In this document: in pieces, positions 61,340-64,000 of the stretch
How positions within the stretch are numbered: the stretch's first letter is position 1
Layout: the number at the start of each line of letters is the position of its first letter
NCBI GenBank assembly: GCA_000320545.1
Contig: ADNK01001276.1
Location: 1 to 64,000 of the forward strand
DNA length: 64,000 bases
Reading direction: 5' to 3'
Source: Bigelowiella natans CCMP2755
Lineage: Eukaryota > Protista > Cercozoa
Made by a program: the position numbers and the translations under genes
The notes under the pieces: generated by a model
What the model saw: only the letters and a program-made list of their open reading frames with translations
Told to the model about the DNA's origin: nothing
Database searches by the model: none

Positions 61340-64000
61340 CTAATCTGCAGCTAAGTTAGAGTCGCTGGAAGATATAATTAATTTATTTTGTGGGCTTCGT
61401 GGCGATTTAGGCCCCTTAGGGCTGACATTCTCGTGCTGAACCATTCCATCATTCTTTCCGATCAACACTTTATACGAGCGCTTTGAGCACTTGTTTTTAC
61501 ATTTTCCCTCGTGGAATTTCTTTATCGTATGACTTTTATTTCTCTTATGCTTATCCCAACTGCGGAAGATCTTCCTCCGCTTAGACGAATCGGAGGTTGA
61601 GACGAACTTGATCGCTAGTGCTTTAATCTGCTCTGGCGTGAGCAGACGCCATAGCTGTCCCAGTAGCTGGCAGAATCCGATCGTATCGTTAACGAATGTC
61701 ACCATGTTAGTTAGTTCATGTCGTGCACGCTTGCATGCACTGTCGTGCCTGCTGTGCCTCCCAGTCGGGCTGCTCCCTGCTGCTAATTTGTCGTCCTGCT
61801 TCTTCATCAAAAAAAAGCATTTCTGGATTGACGTGAAGATGGCCACGTACGCCTTTAATCCGATCTTCCACCGATAACCGAACGCCTTCAGCATCAAGTC
61901 TTCCCGGAAGAATTCGTCCTGGCAGATGTGGTTAGTATCATTGAACCTTTCCAAGCTTCTTCGCATCTCGGCCAGCCTTCGCAAAAGTGTGCGGTGGATA
62001 TCTGAGGGGCTTAGTCCCAGATTTCGATGATCGAGTCGGAGGTGCTCGGCCCGAGCTTCTTCAGTTTCCTTCGCGTTCTCACAGCAGGGTACTCCCATGC
62101 ATGTGTTCCTCTCTCCCACGTACTGGCTGGACAGAATCCTTCGGGACATCCTGGTGTTCTCACTGGCATGGTCTTCGCTTTCTTGACTAAAATGATAAAC
62201 CTTGAGCATGTAGAGGAGCTGTTGATCATTACACGGTTGCCCTCCTTCATGGATGCGAGCTGTCTCTGAATGGGAGAGCCGGTTTCTTAGCGCTTTCGCC
62301 TTGATTGTCTTTGAGAATCTATTTTTCCCTCTTGAATGCACAGGACTGCTAGGGCCCACTTTATTGTTTCGGCGCTTGGATTCATGCCACTCGGATGCTT
62401 CCTTAGGAAGATAGCGGTATGTTTTTAGTGAACCGCTCACGCTGAGCTTCTCGCCACTAACTCCAAGCGCTAACGATATTGTGAGCCGGAGAAAGTGCTG
62501 AAGACAACGGTATTTCTCTATCTGCGCGGAAGAAGGAGGAGAGGAGGAAGAAGGAGAAGGAGAGGAAGAATCAATCTCAACCCACTTCGTAACCTCGGAT
62601 GCGAAGCGAAAGGCTAGGGACGAGAGGATTGTTCGAACAAGATAGCCGCTGCTCTCGCTGCAAACTGACAGAGCTGCGGCAATCATCATACGCAACTCGT
62701 GGCAGAACTCCCGGCAGCCCCTGTGGTTCACGGTAGTAAATATGAGATGACATATCATTCCGATCACGACTTTCTTCATCTGGGATGTATTGGTATTCTC
62801 CTGCGATGGACCGAGGTCGAAGAACAGTGGCAGAACCCACATCTGCCAGTTTCTGTTCTCTAGAAACGATAGGGACGCGGTTTTGCTGGTGAGCAGCCTG
62901 TAGTAGATGTCTTGGAAGCATTTGAGCCTCGGGAACACTTGCGTTCCATGCAGGTTGTGGCAAACAGCTAGCCATAGCCCAGGGTTGTAAACGCTTCTTC
63001 CCGGCTTGAGTAACGTGCTGCCCGAGTCGAAGTCGCTGCTGTACATCTTGCAAGGGTTGAATATCATGGCCATCAAGCAGAAGTGGTCGTCGACCACATA
63101 ATACTGCACCTTTGATGCTGCAGCTTCTGCCAGATTCGCGAGGAAGTCTACAAAGGAGATCTCCGGCAGGATCGTTGTCGAATTGGAGGAGGTATGCATA
63201 GCCCGAAGTACCAGCCACAGTAGCCTGAAGCACAGAGCTCTGATAGCAAGAGATTCACACCTAAGACCTTCTGCAAGTATCTGCGCCGGTCCCTGATTGG
63301 AAGTGAGGCACTCATAAAGGTGATCGATCTCTACTGCGGATAATTGACCGCCCCTCTGGGATATATCAACGCTCTCTCGAAACGACTCGCAATCACTGGC
63401 TCTGATCCATCTTGAAAGGCTGATGTCGTCCTCGTTGTTCCATATTAGGGTAGCAGGATCTATCTCACCCTTTTCAATCATGTCACAAATTTTGGACTCG
63501 CGAAAAGGCCCGTCGCTCTGCGAGAGATTGAGGCAGAACTCATCGGTTCGGTAGAATTTGTAGTAGGTTGCAAGGATCTTGAGGCAGCTGTCAATCCACG
63601 CATCCATTGCCGTCGAAGGCTCATCAGATGATAGAGCTCTCTGACAGGCTTCTACTTCCTCGCTGTCCACGTCTTCTATATCCAGATATTTATCAATCAG
63701 ACCACTTCCAGCTTCTCGTAGCTCTTTTTCACTGTTGAAAGGCCTTCCAACTATGTTCTTCCCTTTTTGAAATAGCAAAGCCTCTCGTACATACACGAGG
63801 TAGTCCTCCTACATACAGAACAGACAATAATCTTTGGCAAGAGAAAACTTAAAACGAACGATGGAACATACCCTGAAAATTTTTGTCAGATAGACCTCGA
63901 ACAACTGAGAATCATTTGGAGAAGTGACACAGTCTACGAGGGTCATTTCTGAGCGTTTCGATCGAATTTTGACATACCACTGCGAAGTATAATCAGAATT
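61340..64000 (-). CDS. 3' part of a large protein: RGS-like segment, GYF_2 domain, neurobeachin-like helical repeats; continues beyond the window
   Basis: 818-aa terminal exon ORF; AGSGLIDKYL...CLKILATYYKFYRTDEF (RGS-like); DGPFRESKICDMIEKGEIDPATLIWN..W (GYF_2); FLENRNWQMWVLPLF. Upstream intron about 63810-63870. Confidence 0.75.

Noticed and set aside
62577-63233. 218-aa same-strand overlapping ORF
   Set aside because: Alternative frame within a GC-rich exon; no motif support.

Overview
Gene-dense, intron-rich eukaryotic nuclear DNA with GT-AG introns, many filled with microsatellites. Bipartite signal-plus-transit-type leaders suggest an alga with a secondary plastid, most consistent with a chlorarachniophyte such as Bigelowiella (inference). 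By manual splicing I reconstruct 16 protein-coding genes: a U-box protein (3' end), a PDZ + METTL21-type lysine methyltransferase, an SLC10A7-like transporter, a claudin/amastin-like tetraspan, a CS-domain + cyclophilin fusion, an LRR + multi-pass membrane protein, an ASBT-like SLC10 symporter, SMUG1, a class-C-like 7TM receptor fused to RGS, an intronless secreted-type kinase, Nup62/Nsp1, Nar1/NARFL, an orphan single-pass protein, a WD40 protein, an organellar DEAD-box helicase and the 3' part of an RGS/GYF_2/helical-repeat protein. I saw no rRNA, tRNA, CRISPR array or intact transposon. The strongest unexplained signal is non-coding. Two intergenic islands (about 27.7-29.1 kb and 48.9-49.6 kb) have lost almost all TpA dinucleotides except inside CTAG. 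They sit at the only two places where the otherwise strict +/- alternation of genes is broken, which suggests a targeted TpA->CpA/TpG hypermutation process (opposite in direction to fungal RIP) acting on silenced or dead loci. Exon boundaries were read by eye and several 5' ends are approximate.
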